Numbered from the whole stretch's first letter, positions 24,057-37,538 are shown. The stretch: 63,132 nucleotides of DNA, filler included, from Rhabdomonas costata (GCA_019059605.1; 48 parts of 48 records of this genome joined end to end with filler, not necessarily neighbours in it), one strand, 5' to 3'. Program-made: numbers and translations. The notes: generated by a model from the letters alone, not told the origin.

Positions 24057-25041
24057 AATGAGTTGAGTGATCTTACAGATCACCAGTGATTTTACGAGCC
24101 GAGATGGAAAGCAGGGGAGGAAGAAGTGGAGAGGAATTAAGAAAAGCACCGTGCAGCACCCTCAAAGCGATGTAAAAAACTTGCAGCGGGTTCCGCACGG
24201 GTTCTGCATAGAGACGTAGGAATGAAAGGGAGGAAAATGAAGAAACTAAACCACAGAAAAAGCAGCACGGTGAATAATACGTTAAAAAGAAAAAAAACGC
24301 CTTTGAAGCAAAAGTGGCAAACAGAGAGGTGCTGCGTAGTATGACGTTATGCAGGCTACATTGGAACCAAGGTTGCAACAAGCCAAACCATATCGTATTT
24401 TGCGCATCCATACAATACATATACACAACATCACATCACCACTTGTTGAGACAATTGCGCTTTGATATTTTTTTGCGGGGCGTGGGGTGAAGTGAAGTGA
24501 AGAGTTCAGGAGTGCTAAATTTGAAAGAAAATTAATCCACACTTAACACATAAAACAGCCAGTTTTGCACCGCGTACCCCGAAGAAAAAATAACAAATGC
24601 AACGAGGAACCGGTTCACGGTTCCCCTCAGTCACAAGCAATATCGCAGATGTCATTGGCTTTATCATAGAGCGTTCCATCCCAGCCAAATTCCCAGCTCA
24701 GCCTTTCGCTGTCGGTGGTATGGACGCATGCCCCCCCCCCCCGTTTTGCTTCCCTTCTCCGGTCACCGTGTCGTTCAGTCCTTCAGTTTCATCTAAGGCG
24801 AAGAGAAGCGCTCAGCTCCCGAGGAGAAGCGCTGTCCCCATGCGGACGTCCAGCTATTCCCTCCTCCAACTCCAATTATAGGGTGCCAGCGGTACCCATG
24901 CCTGATCGGTTTTGAAGGTGATCCCAAGGTCCCCCAACAAANNNNNNNNNNNNNNNNNNNNNNNNNNNNNNNNNNNNNNNNNNNNTTAATTAATTAANNN
25001 NNNNNNNNNNNNNNNNNNNNNNNNNNNNNNNNNNNNNNNNN

Positions 25042-26259
25042 TGTCCAAACGTTGGTGAGAAGACTCGAACTGAATGGTTTGCGACGGGTCGGCAGTTTTT
25101 TGAGACTGCTTGAGCCACTTCCAAAGTCGGGGGAACCATGCTCAAAGTTCCTTGATTCAAATGTCTGTTGAGTTCCACAGGTAGAATAGGAAGCGACTCC
25201 AGACCAATTGAACGAGTCTCCGAGGATATCCTCTCCAGAGGGCGTTGCGGAAAACGTTGGCCGTCAAGTCTTTGAAATCTTTCATGTGCGAACACGTTTG
25301 TTGGTATTGCACCAGCAGACCCATCAACACGCCCACGAGCTGATGAGGAGGGGCCACCGTACCGAGTTCCGGGTACCGAACGATGTGATAGTTGTAAGCC
25401 TCATCCCGGTGGTAGACTGTGGTGTGGAATTCTTTTTCCAGTCCGCTTTGGTGTCGACGTGCACTTTGACACCAAGGAACACCACCTAGTCCCATTACCA
25501 GGTTACATTGTAGTCCATGCCGTAATCTCCGGCGCTGGAAAACACACACCTGCCGTGTACAGGTCGTCGATGTACCTGGAGACGGCATCCTACCTTCCAG
25601 GGACTAGGTTGTAGGCGTGCTTCTTTTCAACTGGGTAACAATCCAATTTGGTGATTTGAGGCTCGGATGGCATAACCATTGGCATTAATATGATTTGGCG
25701 TCGTACCAGGCCTCCGTTGTACGTATAGTTGTTGGTGATCAGGTATGCGAGAAGGTCGCCAACGAGCCAGTGAATTCATTCCCATAGAAATTAAAACCGC
25801 ACGCGCTCAACCACAGCTGCTGAAGCGGTTCACCGTCAACTTCCATGAGACGGTTACGACCCGCTCGTGATAAAAGGCTTCCCGAATGGATTCCCTGACG
25901 TTGTTGATCACCGTTGTGAAATGAAAGAATGTATACATGATTCAGAAGTCCGCCGTCTTCTGCCCATGACCAAGGACTTTATCTTTTGAGGTTCTCACCA
26001 TTCGCGTGAACGGTCCGAAACTGTCTATCCACCAAAACGCTTTGATGCCATCATCCACTTGGCGCTGCTTGTTCTTTTACTTGATGAATTTCTTCACTGC
26101 CTGCAGCAGCAGGCAAACGATGGTCTTGTGGGCTTCGAATAGCGGTTGCCGAGATGGACCAGGGTTGCGCTCTTTGCCTGGCTGGGCGGGTTTGGTTCCA
26201 GCAGTAAATCGGAACTTCTTTTTTGTCGTCTTCCAAATGCCGTAGTTTTACACCACACC
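25042..26259 (-). mobile_element. Degenerate Penelope-like retroelement reverse transcriptase
   Basis: In order: KKKFRFTAG, AFWWIDS, KTADF..MYT, ITNNYTYNGGLVRRQIILMPM..PSEPQI, VSRYIDDL, then thumb-like FHTTVYHRDEAYNYHIVRYP...GVLMG..RGYP. Contains stops and frameshifts. Confidence 0.8.
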
Positions 26260-26897
26260 NNNNNNNNNNNNNNNNNNNNNNNNNNNNNNNNNNNNNNNNN
26301 NNNTTAATTAATTAANNNNNNNNNNNNNNNNNNNNNNNNNNNNNNNNNNNNNNNNNNNNGTGGTGGAAGGTCCGAAAAGTGCACCCCAGGCCCTCGAAAT
26401 CCGAAAATTTTCGAAAATGACCTTAAAAGAGCCATAATGGGGCCGTAGCTAACCTTGTTCAGGGATTGAGTACAAAAAAAAAAGAAGTGCGTTCTTGGGA
26501 GCAGCCGCTCAGGTTCCTGCTCCGTTTGGTGGTGGTGGGGGGGCAAGCGAAGCAAAGAGGTTTGTAATCCACTAGCTGTCAAGCTCCAATGTTTCTTCGA
26601 AAATATTACCGTTTCTTCGTTCTGGTCGTTTCTCGCTTCGTATTTAGAATACGCGCTGATTTGGAAGTGTGCTTTTGCAGCGTTGTGTACATTGACATAA
26701 AATGCCATTGATGAAGGGTGTTGCGAACCTCATCCTTGTCCGTGTCTTTTTCACAACAGACGTTGTTTTCCACCCTTTTCTTCTCAGTCACTCTGGTCCG
26801 CTTCGTTATTTATAAATCCGTTCATACACTGTCATGCATTGTCCCTTCTTTTCTGCTGCAAAATCTCTTCGCTTTGTTTTATTTTGCCCCTTCTCAG

Positions 26898-27207
26898 CGG
26901 AAACTACTACTGGATCCAGGCGAGGTACGCCCAGCACCTGGGGCACCTCCAAGAAGACGGCGACCGGGTCGCCGCAGAGATGTGGCTCACCACCACCCGC
27001 ACTTTATTCCCGGCCAAAATGTTCTGCACGTTTCAGTCGGGGCGGAATCACTACCGCGAGCGGTTTCCCCGCGAGCAGTACCTCCGGGCGGAGGTGTACG
27101 AGCGGATCAGGGATGGCCTGAGGGCAGTGGAGACCCCGCCCGAGAGGCGGACTCAGGCCCAGGCTGCCCTCATTCCCCGCACCAGCACGGACTGCCTGGC
27201 CCCTTGA
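26898..27207 (+). CDS. Terminal exon of a hypothetical protein (possible glycosyltransferase-like)
   Basis: Pyrimidine tract plus CAG, then GC3-rich GNYYWIQARYAQHLGHL...RVAAEMWL...stop. Resembles the SGNFWW...AEMWI motif of uncharacterised putative glycosyltransferases; function is uncertain. Confidence 0.5.
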
Positions 27208-28994
27208 ACTCTCTTGGTGATCGTTCCGTGGCCCTTTGGTCCATGGCCGGATTATTTCGTATTTCCATTTTGTTTTCCCTCGCACTGCCCCCGAGAAGAT
27301 GGTTTCGCATTTCGTGGCTTCCGCAGACACTTTGCTTTCATGGCACCCGAGTCCCTGTGCACGTGAGCCGCCCTCTGCTTTGGATGGACATGTAAACTCA
27401 TAAAAACATTACCGCATTACTTCAGTACCTCTTCGCCCTTTAATCGAAACGGAAATGCCCTCTGGGCGTTGAACAAGCCTCAAGCAAACAGTCCTGGAAA
27501 CGTGATGGGCTTCGACATTTTCATAAGAAGTTTTTCATTCGCTCTGGCGTGGCCTGGACTGAAACGCATGGGTCCTNNNNNNNNNNNNNNNNNNNNNNNN
27601 NNNNNNNNNNNNNNNNNNNNTTAATTAATTAANNNNNNNNNNNNNNNNNNNNNNNNNNNNNNNNNNNNNNNNNNNNGTTGGGGTGGGGGGAATGGAGAAA
27701 GAGCCAACGATCCTCGGACTAGATGCAAGAACATCCCCATGCGAACGAAGAAGACGGAACTGAGAAGATTTACGCTCCGTGTAAAGCTTGTCTGGAAAGT
27801 CATATGCTGCAGGCAGAAGCTCTTTTACCGTCAATGGTGAACCTTCCACTGACGGTAATACCAGCGCTGCGGCCAACAGCCACAATCACAACCCCTTCCG
27901 CTTCCCATCACCAGGTGATTGAGACCGCCGCATCGCGTGCATGCAAAGGCCCACCCCCTCAGTTGGGGGGGGGGCACAGATGCGCAAGCGTACCGTTGGA
28001 GAATGTCCGTACTGTGGGCGAACACGAGAGCCCTGCACAGAAACAGAGACCATTCCTCAAGGAGGAAGGCACTCACTGGCACGACGGAATTCCCTCTGCT
28101 GTTCATTTACGCTCTCCTCCGTTGCGGCGGCGGGCTCTCCACCCTCGCTCGATGAGAGACGTGTGCAAAACAAAAAAGAACCCCACTTCTCGTTCTCTCT
28201 TGTTTCTGCACCTTGTTCGCGAAAACCGCGGAGCTTTGCCGCGTACTCCCAAACTTGAAGCACCATATCGTGTCAATCCGCATTCTGGTGGTGTGCGAGA
28301 CCTAACACAATGGCCACTAACACCATAGCTCCAAGACTAAACACTAACACATACCATAGCACATACCCTAAAACCAACACTGGCCACTGGTGAGTGGAGA
28401 GGCTAGAGAAGACGCCCCTACACTACCATATGCATAGAAGCTACAATAGTGGTAGTGATGATGACGAGCCATAAATCAAAAAAATGCACTGTTGGGGTTA
28501 GAGTAGGGCCCTTGTTCTCGCTGTGCAAAGAGAATGCCAAGAGTAAGCACCCATACTCTCAGAGGTATCCACTCGGTACCAAGACAAGAATACCTACCCT
28601 AGATATACGCATGCATCTAAGGTAGTCATAACAACATGCCCTAATCTGATAAACCACAGTGATCACACGCTGGGTCCCTTGATATCGCTACGCTCATAAA
28701 TGTCAGAAGCCCCCACTACGCGCATGACCACTCCACGCGTTATGTACGACGAACCAACGCAGATGCCCACTAATCGATAAAACACAGAACCACACACATC
28801 AACGTCGCAAGAAACCATGGGCATAGCACAAACCCTTCGAGACCATAGCCGGGACATCACATACAGCACCACATACTCACAGAACCCACCCACCNNNNNN
28901 NNNNNNNNNNNNNNNNNNNNNNNNNNNNNNNNNNNNNNTTAATTAATTAANNNNNNNNNNNNNNNNNNNNNNNNNNNNNNNNNNNNNNNNNNNN

Positions 28995-29228
28995 GGGCTC
29001 GGTGGGAGGAAAAAGAAACGAAGTGAAAGGTGGCTGCGCTCGCACCGTGGCTTCCGCTTCAAAGCTAAGTGCGAGACTGAGTCGCACAAAAACGGACATT
29101 TGACAACCACAGCACAAGAGCAGCGCTGTACCACTGTGTCTAGGTAGGAAGGGCAAAAAAGCAGCAACTATACACACGGGGGGAGAGAAAAGGGCTCGGT
29201 GGGAGGAAAAAGAAACGAAGTGAAAGGT
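28995..29228 (+). repeat. 37-bp exact direct repeat (28995-29031, 29192-29228)
   Basis: gggctcggtgggaggaaaaagaaacgaagtgaaaggt occurs twice; the first copy is at the contig edge. Confidence 0.9.
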
Positions 29229-32200
29229 AGGCAAGAAAAGCGAAGGAAAATGAAAAGGAGGGGGGGCAACCAAACTGAGAAACTGAGAAACGCTCGTGTT
29301 GAAGCCATGACTGGTACCTTAAAGAAAAACCACAAAAACAAATGGGGGCGCGTGGCCTCTTCTGGTGCCTTTTTCCACTGGTTCAAGGTGGGCTTTTGGG
29401 CCTGGGTGGACGAGTGGGCCGCGGGTTGGCTGGAGCGCGCGGCACTATCCATACAGAGAAAAGTCCCCGGCCTGCTTCTGCTTTGCCTTCTACCCATATA
29501 TACATACATATTTTTTGTGTTTGTTTTCGTTTCCGTTCAGGTGTGGCTGCCATACTTGCCAGTATAAGAACTTTACCAACACGCGTACATACACGATAAG
29601 AACTTTACATGCCAGTATAAGAACTCATGTCTGTGGTGGTTCACTCCACGGAATGGGCTTCAGCTGAGTTGTGATTACCAGGTCATCCAAACCCGCGCTA
29701 TTTGCATGGTACATTACTTCTGCGTAATAATGTAACCCCCGTGCTGCCCAGCGCTGACTTGGGAGTGTGGGCATTCGCCTCTTCCCTTTCCCGCAGAAAT
29801 TGCTGTCACTCTTCGGCTGGGGAACCTCTGCTGAGCCTTGAGCACCCTGCACCTGCGGTCCCTCACCTGGACGGGTGCTCATCGCTCCCTGTGCGCCTGG
29901 CATCTTTTGGGTGCCGCCTTTTTCTTTTTCTTTTCGCCTTTGCTTTTGACGCTCGTTGGGTACGAGGGGTGCGTTTATTGCTCTCCGTAGCAGGGCAAGC
30001 GAGCGCCTACCCCTCCTGTCTTGTACTCTGTACTGTACGGTTTGTGTGGGGTGGGGTGGCGAGGCTATCATGGGGCGCTCTGCGCTCTCTGGCCCTGCCT
30101 TCTTCAAAGTGTTTGTGTGCGCGTGCGTACGTGGCTTTTTGCACGCTTTTACCAAACGTTTTCATATATCCCTTTCACTCGTGCCCCCACCCCCCCAAAC
30201 ACACCAACAANNNNNNNNNNNNNNNNNNNNNNNNNNNNNNNNNNNNNNNNNNNNTTAATTAATTAANNNNNNNNNNNNNNNNNNNNNNNNNNNNNNNNNN
30301 NNNNNNNNNNTGTTTTTTGTATTGATCTGTTCGATCTGCAAAACCGCCACCAGTGCCGACAAGACTTGTGGCGATGAATATGACTCTCACCATCTTTTGA
30401 GAACAAAGATGTCAGCTCGGCTTCCGCAGATATTAGTCCTTTCTTACAGTCAGCACATTTCCGTTCTCAACTGTCGCGTACGTCTCCGGGAGATGAGTGT
30501 GTGGGTGACAGGCATTTCGTATCGCCGCGGACAGCTCGCAGAGCATCAAGGTCGCCGTGGACACGGGGTTGATTATCCAGGGGGCAACTGAGGTCAAAAC
30601 TGGCGAACTGGAATAAGCTGGCGAAGCCTCTGTAGCCACCGAGACTGCGCGAACGCTGTGAGTGGGCTTGTACCCATCGCAAGTGTATGTTAAGGGATTA
30701 TGCTGTCATTCACCTCCACGACACTGTGCTCGGCGTACCGAAGGTTTAACTTCATTTCGGATTTTGGTAAGCAATGTGATTCATGGGAGAGAACTTCCCT
30801 GAATTGGTTGTTGGTTGGTCCCTGCCCAACCAACTTCTGGTCAATTACTATCAAATAGACAAGAAAAGAGCTTCGAACGGCATCATCATTACGTCGCTGC
30901 TGGTTGTGGCCTGCAGGACGGTCGCCCCTAGCTATTAATGTCATCTGAACTGTTTTTAGCGGAACAGCGGCGGTCCGATGCATTTTGAGAGGGGGGGTGT
31001 TATACGGGTTATACGGTGTTATACAAGACGTTTTGTACTGGGGTACCTTTCTTCGTCAATTCCCCCCCCCCAGCCCGACAGCCGAATTTCAAAACTGCGA
31101 GTGAAAGCGGCGCCACGACAAAGAAGACGAAAGCCAGCAAGTGGTCTTCAGTAGGCTCCTATCTCTCCTTGCCGGTACTTTTGTTCCTAAAGGTAAATCC
31201 CATGTCATCAGAACAGGGTGGTGGAATGTGCATTCTGCTTTTGACCCTCCGTTTTGGGTCCCCTTCACCAATCTGTTTTCTTTTTGAGACCACCGATTCT
31301 ACTCTCGGCTCTTGATCTCCATTGTGTGCATGTGTGATGGCCGGAGATCTGCCCTCCCATGGCAAGATGGTTCCTGCGCAAAGGACCTGGCTTTCGATTC
31401 CTCCCTCAGCCATACTTTTAATTTGTGACCCATGCTTATTCCCATCTCTTCTCAGCCGTGCTGTTCGCTTTTCTCTCTTCGTGAGAATGTTCGGCATGGG
31501 TGCGGCGGAGATGGGTGAACCCACAACNNNNNNNNNNNNNNNNNNNNNNNNNNNNNNNNNNNNNNNNNNNNTTAATTAATTAANNNNNNNNNNNNNNNNN
31601 NNNNNNNNNNNNNNNNNNNNNNNNNNNTCTCGGCGCCGCAGAGGAGGATGGGCCGACGGGATAGCCCAGCGGCGCGGTGCACACCAAGGCACGCGAGTGT
31701 GTACGCGTGGTGCTTCTTCACTCCGCCGTAAAGGGGTCGGGGTGCGGCGAAGGCGGTCTGCGAGGTCAGCATGTCCGAAAGAGCTAGGTCCCGGGACTAT
31801 ATAAGCAGGACCGGAGGAGGGCAAAAATGAGGCAAAATTGGCACCGACCCGCGAGATGCCGCTCACATTAGCACCCAGCGCCAGCCTCCATCTAAAGTCA
31901 TGCTTTTCCACTTGCCCCGATGCGCTGTGCTTAACGTGGATCGCACTTCTCCGTAACACTGCACACTGAATTCACTAGCCGATGCCTCCGAGCTTAGATT
32001 TTTTGTCTGTGTTATTGGGTGCGGAAATAGAGACCGCCTTGGCAGGTTCCTCACCTCGCCCGTTTCTGGTACGTTTAATTCGTTTTCAACGAGCTTGCAG
32101 TGATTAAGAGCCGGGGGTGCGACGACCCAAAGCGAGCTTTCAAAAAAAAGTATGCCTCTGAGCTAAACTCATTTCGAAAACCACCCCACAGAGGAGCTTC

Positions 32201-33037
32201 AGGATTCGTTCTCGGTCTTCTAATGACGTAACAAACACCCCAACGAAAACACGGCAGCAACGTGAACCACGGCACACCCATTTCCGTCGATAAAAAAGGA
32301 GGCGAGGAGGCACAAAAGGAAAACCCACACTGGAGCAGAGCCACTGGACCCCAGTCGTTATGACCCTGAGATACAGAGCCCAGATATGTCACCGGAAAAA
32401 GGGTGAAGACCGCCCGAGGGAGTCAAAGAGGAAAAAAAGACAGGCTTTGTAATCCACCCTTGTCGGCCTCGCACACACTCCCGCTTCGTCAGCCAATACC
32501 AAACACCCCGTGTGTGTCCACTCAGCCGTGAGGGTGCTCAAAGGCAGTCTTTCGCGGGGCTGGAAAGTCCATCCCTGTGCCCCGCAGACAGCGGAGCACA
32601 CAGGAGTTCGTCCTCGAACAGCAGACCATCGAGCGGGAATTCTCCCCTTGCTGCTCGGGAGCCGTTCCCATCCCCGAATGTCAAGCCACTTGCACTTGCG
32701 GAGTTCCTTGCAAGGGACGGAAATCAGGGGCAACGGGGGTAGCCAAAATGGTCCCGTCACAGAAAAGCCATCACGAGACGCGTGGGGGGAAACCCCAGAA
32801 AAGCGTTCTTCCCGAGACCACCCACACCCAACCACACCCACCACANNNNNNNNNNNNNNNNNNNNNNNNNNNNNNNNNNNNNNNNNNNNTTAATTAATTA
32901 ANNNNNNNNNNNNNNNNNNNNNNNNNNNNNNNNNNNNNNNNNNNNAAAGCAAAAATTATTACACTCAGTAACATCAAAGCATGCGCGGAATACAGCTAGA
33001 GCTTTTATCTGCAGATGGTGGGTTTATGTTTCCTCAG

Positions 33038-33735
33038 TTCACCGCCGCTCAGCTGGCGTTGATGTCCAGCGAAAGTACGTCCAGAGAGGATGTATGGGCC
33101 CTGGAGAATGTGGAGGGGTTTGCTCTGCTGGAGGCCACGCAAAGGCTGGCCGTGTACAAGTCCGAGGAGATGCTCTGGCTTACGTTGGAGCATGCTGAGA
33201 GCACCGCCAGGTTCCCAGAGAAGCTCTTTGCTATTCTATTCGAAGCAAATGTCTGTCAAATATCTCTTTCAGCTCAGAACAGAGTTTCTCCTGCCGGTTT
33301 CGGCACCGAATCAGCTTTTCGGGAAATTGGGATGAGGACCTGCTGCTGTTGGTGTGGTTTTACAAAGTCTTATCAATGGGGACCGCCTTCTCGACTGCTT
33401 AGCCCCCTTTCACTTTCATGTCCTTTTATTACTGACATACTGTATGACACGGCTTCTCGTTCCTTCTCAAATGGCTTTTCGCTCAGACCAACTTCTCCTT
33501 ACTTCATTTCCGTTTGGTGTCTGAGCTGGAGGTAGTGGCCTTTTTTTCAGCTGGCTGGTGAAGCACAAGCAGCTCAACACAGACCGAGCGGTGTCCTTTT
33601 TGCGGCTCTGTGAGGAGGAGCACCCGCGCCGTGAGGAGCTGCGCAGTACGGAGCAGAGGCTGTTTGAGGAGTTGATGGAGTTTTGGGGGGAGAGCCTGCC
33701 AAAGGGGAAACCCGAGATTTTATCCAACCCTTCCG
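33038..33735 (+). CDS. Hypothetical protein, two exons
   Basis: Exons 33038-33210 and 33551-~33735 join in phase 2 via GT-AG: ...LWLTLEHAESTAS|WLVKHKQLNTDRAVSFLRLCEEEH... No family recognised. Confidence 0.55.
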
Positions 33736-34443
33736 GTTCCGCTGTGCCCGCCGCATTGGAGGCCTCACCTTTCCCAGCGGTATGGAATCAGTTCCCGTCG
33801 CATTCATTTTTTTGATGGGAATTATTGGCGGGAGTGGGAAAAGTAACCTGTGCGGACTTTCGAAGTCGTGCATCTGGCTGGAAACGGGGAATTATTGGCG
33901 CAATAACTGGTCGTTGCACGGTTTGGTTCGACGCAGCCCGAGGTGTCAGCAAGAATTCGCCCAACAGCTCAGCCCCTCGGTTGATCCTTCTTGTAAAATT
34001 CGGTGTCTCTTCGAGTGTCAATCTGCAGATTGCAGTCGAACTATATTTAGAAAGTCGTGCTCAAATTTGATCGGTGTCCGTCGATTCACTACTTGGGCTT
34101 ATTTCACATTTACGGCTCTCAACCTTGTCAATCATTAGATCCACCGGGTCGTCCCACAAACCNNNNNNNNNNNNNNNNNNNNNNNNNNNNNNNNNNNNNN
34201 NNNNNNTTAATTAATTAANNNNNNNNNNNNNNNNNNNNNNNNNNNNNNNNNNNNNNNNNNNNTTTTGTTTTTTGTACCGGGGGTTTTTTCACCGTTTTGT
34301 GCACTTGTTTTGGTGAGGTCGAGTTTGGGTCGGGCAGTCCTGCAGGTATTGTTTTGGGTGACCTTGACCTCCATTGGTCCTGTTGGTCGCGTTGGTCCTG
34401 CGCACACGAGATGCACCGCCCACTTCTCCAACCAACGTCGTAG

Positions 34444-34545
34444 GGTGTCCAGGACCTAATTGGGGTGATCGAGCACTTCACGCAGTCCGTGGTGATCTCC
34501 ATCGGCAATGGCCCGAACGACCAGGACTTCATTTACCTTAAGAAG
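34444..34545 (+). CDS. ADSS: Adenylosuccinate synthetase (kinetoplastid-type), C-terminal exon of unit 1, no stop codon
   Basis: GVQDLIGVIEHFTQSVVISIGNGPNDQDFIYLKK matches the ADSS terminal motif (IE..T....ISIGNGP....IYL). Bounded by TAG and AAG|GT. Confidence 0.85.
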
Positions 34546-35029
34546 GTTGCTCATGACCCTTCACGCCCAGGCTGCTTCGTTCACCCCACAGACACTCGCC
34601 AGCGCGCACGCACACCCCTGCTATCTATCTGTGGCATCCCAGAGACTTCTTTTCTGCCCTCCTGATTTTGAACTGTTAGCATCCTCCCTCTCCCTCTTAT
34701 CTATCTTCTTGTGCAGAAACTGTTGCTGTTGTTGACCGAGGCATCAACATCGGGCTCTTTCGTGTTTTCGGGGAATGATTTGTGGATTGAGATGCCGGTG
34801 TATTCCCTCAGTTTCGGGCTAAGTGCCATTCTTCCTGTTGACTGATGAAAAGGCGCCGCTCCCTGTTACTTGCTCTGAGATCTGGGACCGTTCCTCGCGA
34901 TTATTGTGTGTGGAGGATTTGGCCCCAGCCCTTTGTGCCCGTACAGCGAAGCAGCACAGCCTGGCGGGGAGGCCCCGCATTGGTTACGGCGGCACCACCA
35001 CCACCACTACCGCCACCACCACCCAACAG

Positions 35030-35449
35030 ATCGAGGCCTCAGCGATGAACGCCGACCTGGCGCGCAACATGGCGGTGTACGAGGGCATCAAGGCCCTGCC
35101 CGTGCTGCCCGAGCTGAGCTACACCAGCCCCGCGCAGTACGATGAGGGCAGTGCCGAGGCCACGCTGTTCCCGCTCATTGATAGCCACGACGTCATCGCC
35201 ATCTGCGGGTGCTACTTCGGCGACGAGGGCAAGGGCAAGACCGTCGACGACGTCTCCAAGCACCCCAAGATCGGTTTGGTGGTGCGCACCAACTCCGGCG
35301 AGAATGCCGGCCACACGGTGTACTTCAAGGGCACGAAGTTTGTGTTCCACCTGGCGCCCTCGGGGCTGTTCAAGGGCAAGGTCAACCTGATCGGGCCGGA
35401 GTGCGTGATGGACCCGGTGAGCTTCATGGACACCGAGATCCAACCCCTG
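35030..35449 (+). CDS. ADSS: Adenylosuccinate synthetase (kinetoplastid-type), N-terminal exon of unit 2
   Basis: YFGDEGKGKTVD P-loop, RTNSGENAGHTV, KFVFHLAPSGL, IGPECVMDPVSFM; ends at the donor CTG|GTAAGT. Confidence 0.95.
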
Positions 35450-35820
35450 GTAAGTCTTATTTCTCTCCCACCCCACCACCNNNNNNNNNNNNNNNNNNNN
35501 NNNNNNNNNNNNNNNNNNNNNNNNTTAATTAATTAANNNNNNNNNNNNNNNNNNNNNNNNNNNNNNNNNNNNNNNNNNNNGTTTTTGGGTGGCCCTACAC
35601 GGCAATTAATGGTTGTGAATCGGGAAAACTTGCATCACCCAGCATTTCTCTTTCTTTATCTAAGACGTCTTGAGAAAATGGAGTGCGGGATAGCTTACGC
35701 TGAGGGCTGGCTGGCTCCGGGAAAGTCGACCAAAAGCCAACCAACTATTAACCGCCTGACAAGCAACCTTACGCATCGCATCGCATCGCCTGCCATCGTT
35801 CTCCCTTCTCTTCCGCACAC

Positions 35821-36786
35821 CTTGTACGTAAACGCGGGGCAGGTGAAGGTCCCCTGGCCATGGAAGGCGTCCTCCAGGAACTCCCCAGCGTAAGAGGAGC
35901 CATCGGCGTAGCTCATCGTGCCCGACCCCTGCACACCCCAATATTGGCACACAAAGGAATCAAGCAACGAACAAAAGAAGGAAAAAACGAACGAACGGGT
36001 TTGTCTTCAGCAACGGAAGCATACACCTCCAGTAAACTCTGCCAAAAGCAGGTTTTTCAAATCGGGCTTGGAATGAATGAGTGCGTGGGTTTCCCCTGCA
36101 ATCTCCTCCCTTTGCGTTTTCCCACACTTCCTCCACATTTCCGCATGGGGTATCTTTTTCTGTGGTGGCTGCTCTTTCGAGTCACTCAAGAGTGCAAAAA
36201 AAAAAACGAACAACAGGGAACGTCATCAGTGAAACAAACCTGCACATGACAACAATGAAAACAAAGCTTCCCGCCTGGGGTATGGCCGCCCATCGCATTG
36301 CAATGTGTGATCAGCTCAGCCCATCCCCTCTTGAACCAACCAAGCGAACCCTCTTTACAGATCCTCCACTTTACAGGTACTTCCACAGCAACGCAGTTGA
36401 AAGGAAGTTGAGGCATTCCAGAGATTTTTGTATTGTTTTGTATTTGTTCTGCCTTTCCTCAAATCGAAAGGAAAGCACATAGTCCAACATGACTGAAGCG
36501 CACTATAATGCAGTACTTTGAACCCTTTCTTGCCCAAAGGGGGTCGAAAAGCTCCGTTGGAAAGCTGGCTAAACAGCCAGACCTGCTTCTTTCCCCGGAC
36601 GAAGTGACCCTCGTAGGTGCCCGTCTTGTCCGTATATACCCCGCGGCCGTGCGGGGCGTTGTCGACCCAGGTGCCGCGGTACTGCGTGCCGGCCTGCAAG
36701 TTAACGCTGGTGCCCTGCCCGTGGCGCACCCCGCGCTGCCACTCCCCCTCGTAGACGTCGCCCCGCTGGTGGTTCACAAACCGCCC
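35821..36786 (-). CDS. MORN-repeat protein fragment (spliced)
   Basis: Exons ~36786-36583 and 35928-35821, phase 0: YEGEWQRGVRHGQG, YRGTWVDNAPHGRG, YEGHFVRGKKQ|GSGTMSYADGSSYAGEFLEDAFHGQG. Confidence 0.92.
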
Positions 36787-37299
36787 CACCACACCANNNN
36801 NNNNNNNNNNNNNNNNNNNNNNNNNNNNNNNNNNNNNNNNTTAATTAATTAANNNNNNNNNNNNNNNNNNNNNNNNNNNNNNNNNNNNNNNNNNNNGGGT
36901 GGGTGGGACATCTGATGGTTGGTACCGGTGGGCTGGTGAGCTGGTTCTTCGAGCGGGTAGGTGCACATCGCGCTTTTGGGTTTTTTGTGCCACCGTTGTT
37001 TTTCCGCGCTTTTTGGTCGTGTGATTCATCATCAGTGGGCGGTTAGGAAGGGTCTCGTGTGGATCGTGTTTCCTTCGTCCGCTGGGTTCTTTCACCGCTG
37101 AACGGCGGATAGCTGTGGTCCGTGGTCCGATTGCATTCCATCTTGCCCATTTTCGGCCGTTGTTTCTCGGAAGGGCTTTCCTTCGCTTTTCTTCTTCTTC
37201 TCCTGCTCCAAGCCCGGGGTACGTAGGCGGGGCTGCAGATCCGTTGTTCCTTTTCTTTTCTGTCGCAACTTCGGAGGGCTGGGGTGGGGCTGCCTATAG

Positions 37300-37538
37300 G
37301 TCCAAGAGGTGGAGAATGCGAAGACCACCAACCTAGTTACCAGCTCAGCCAGCTCCCCTCGAAGTGCACTGAAAAAACCCAAGCGGGTCGTGTGCAGCCC
37401 CCAGACCTTTCCGGGTTCAGCCCTGGAATCCTACTCGGTGCTCTCTTTGGCGAAGCTACGGGTCACATTTGGGGAAACCATTGAGCTGGGGCAGGACGTG
37501 GACCTTCCTGCACCTCCGCCAGGGATTATCTGGAGAAG
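37300..37538 (+). CDS. Possible internal exon, hypothetical protein
   Basis: TAG acceptor, open frame VQEVENAKTT...IIWRR, AG|GT donor. No family recognised. Confidence 0.35.
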
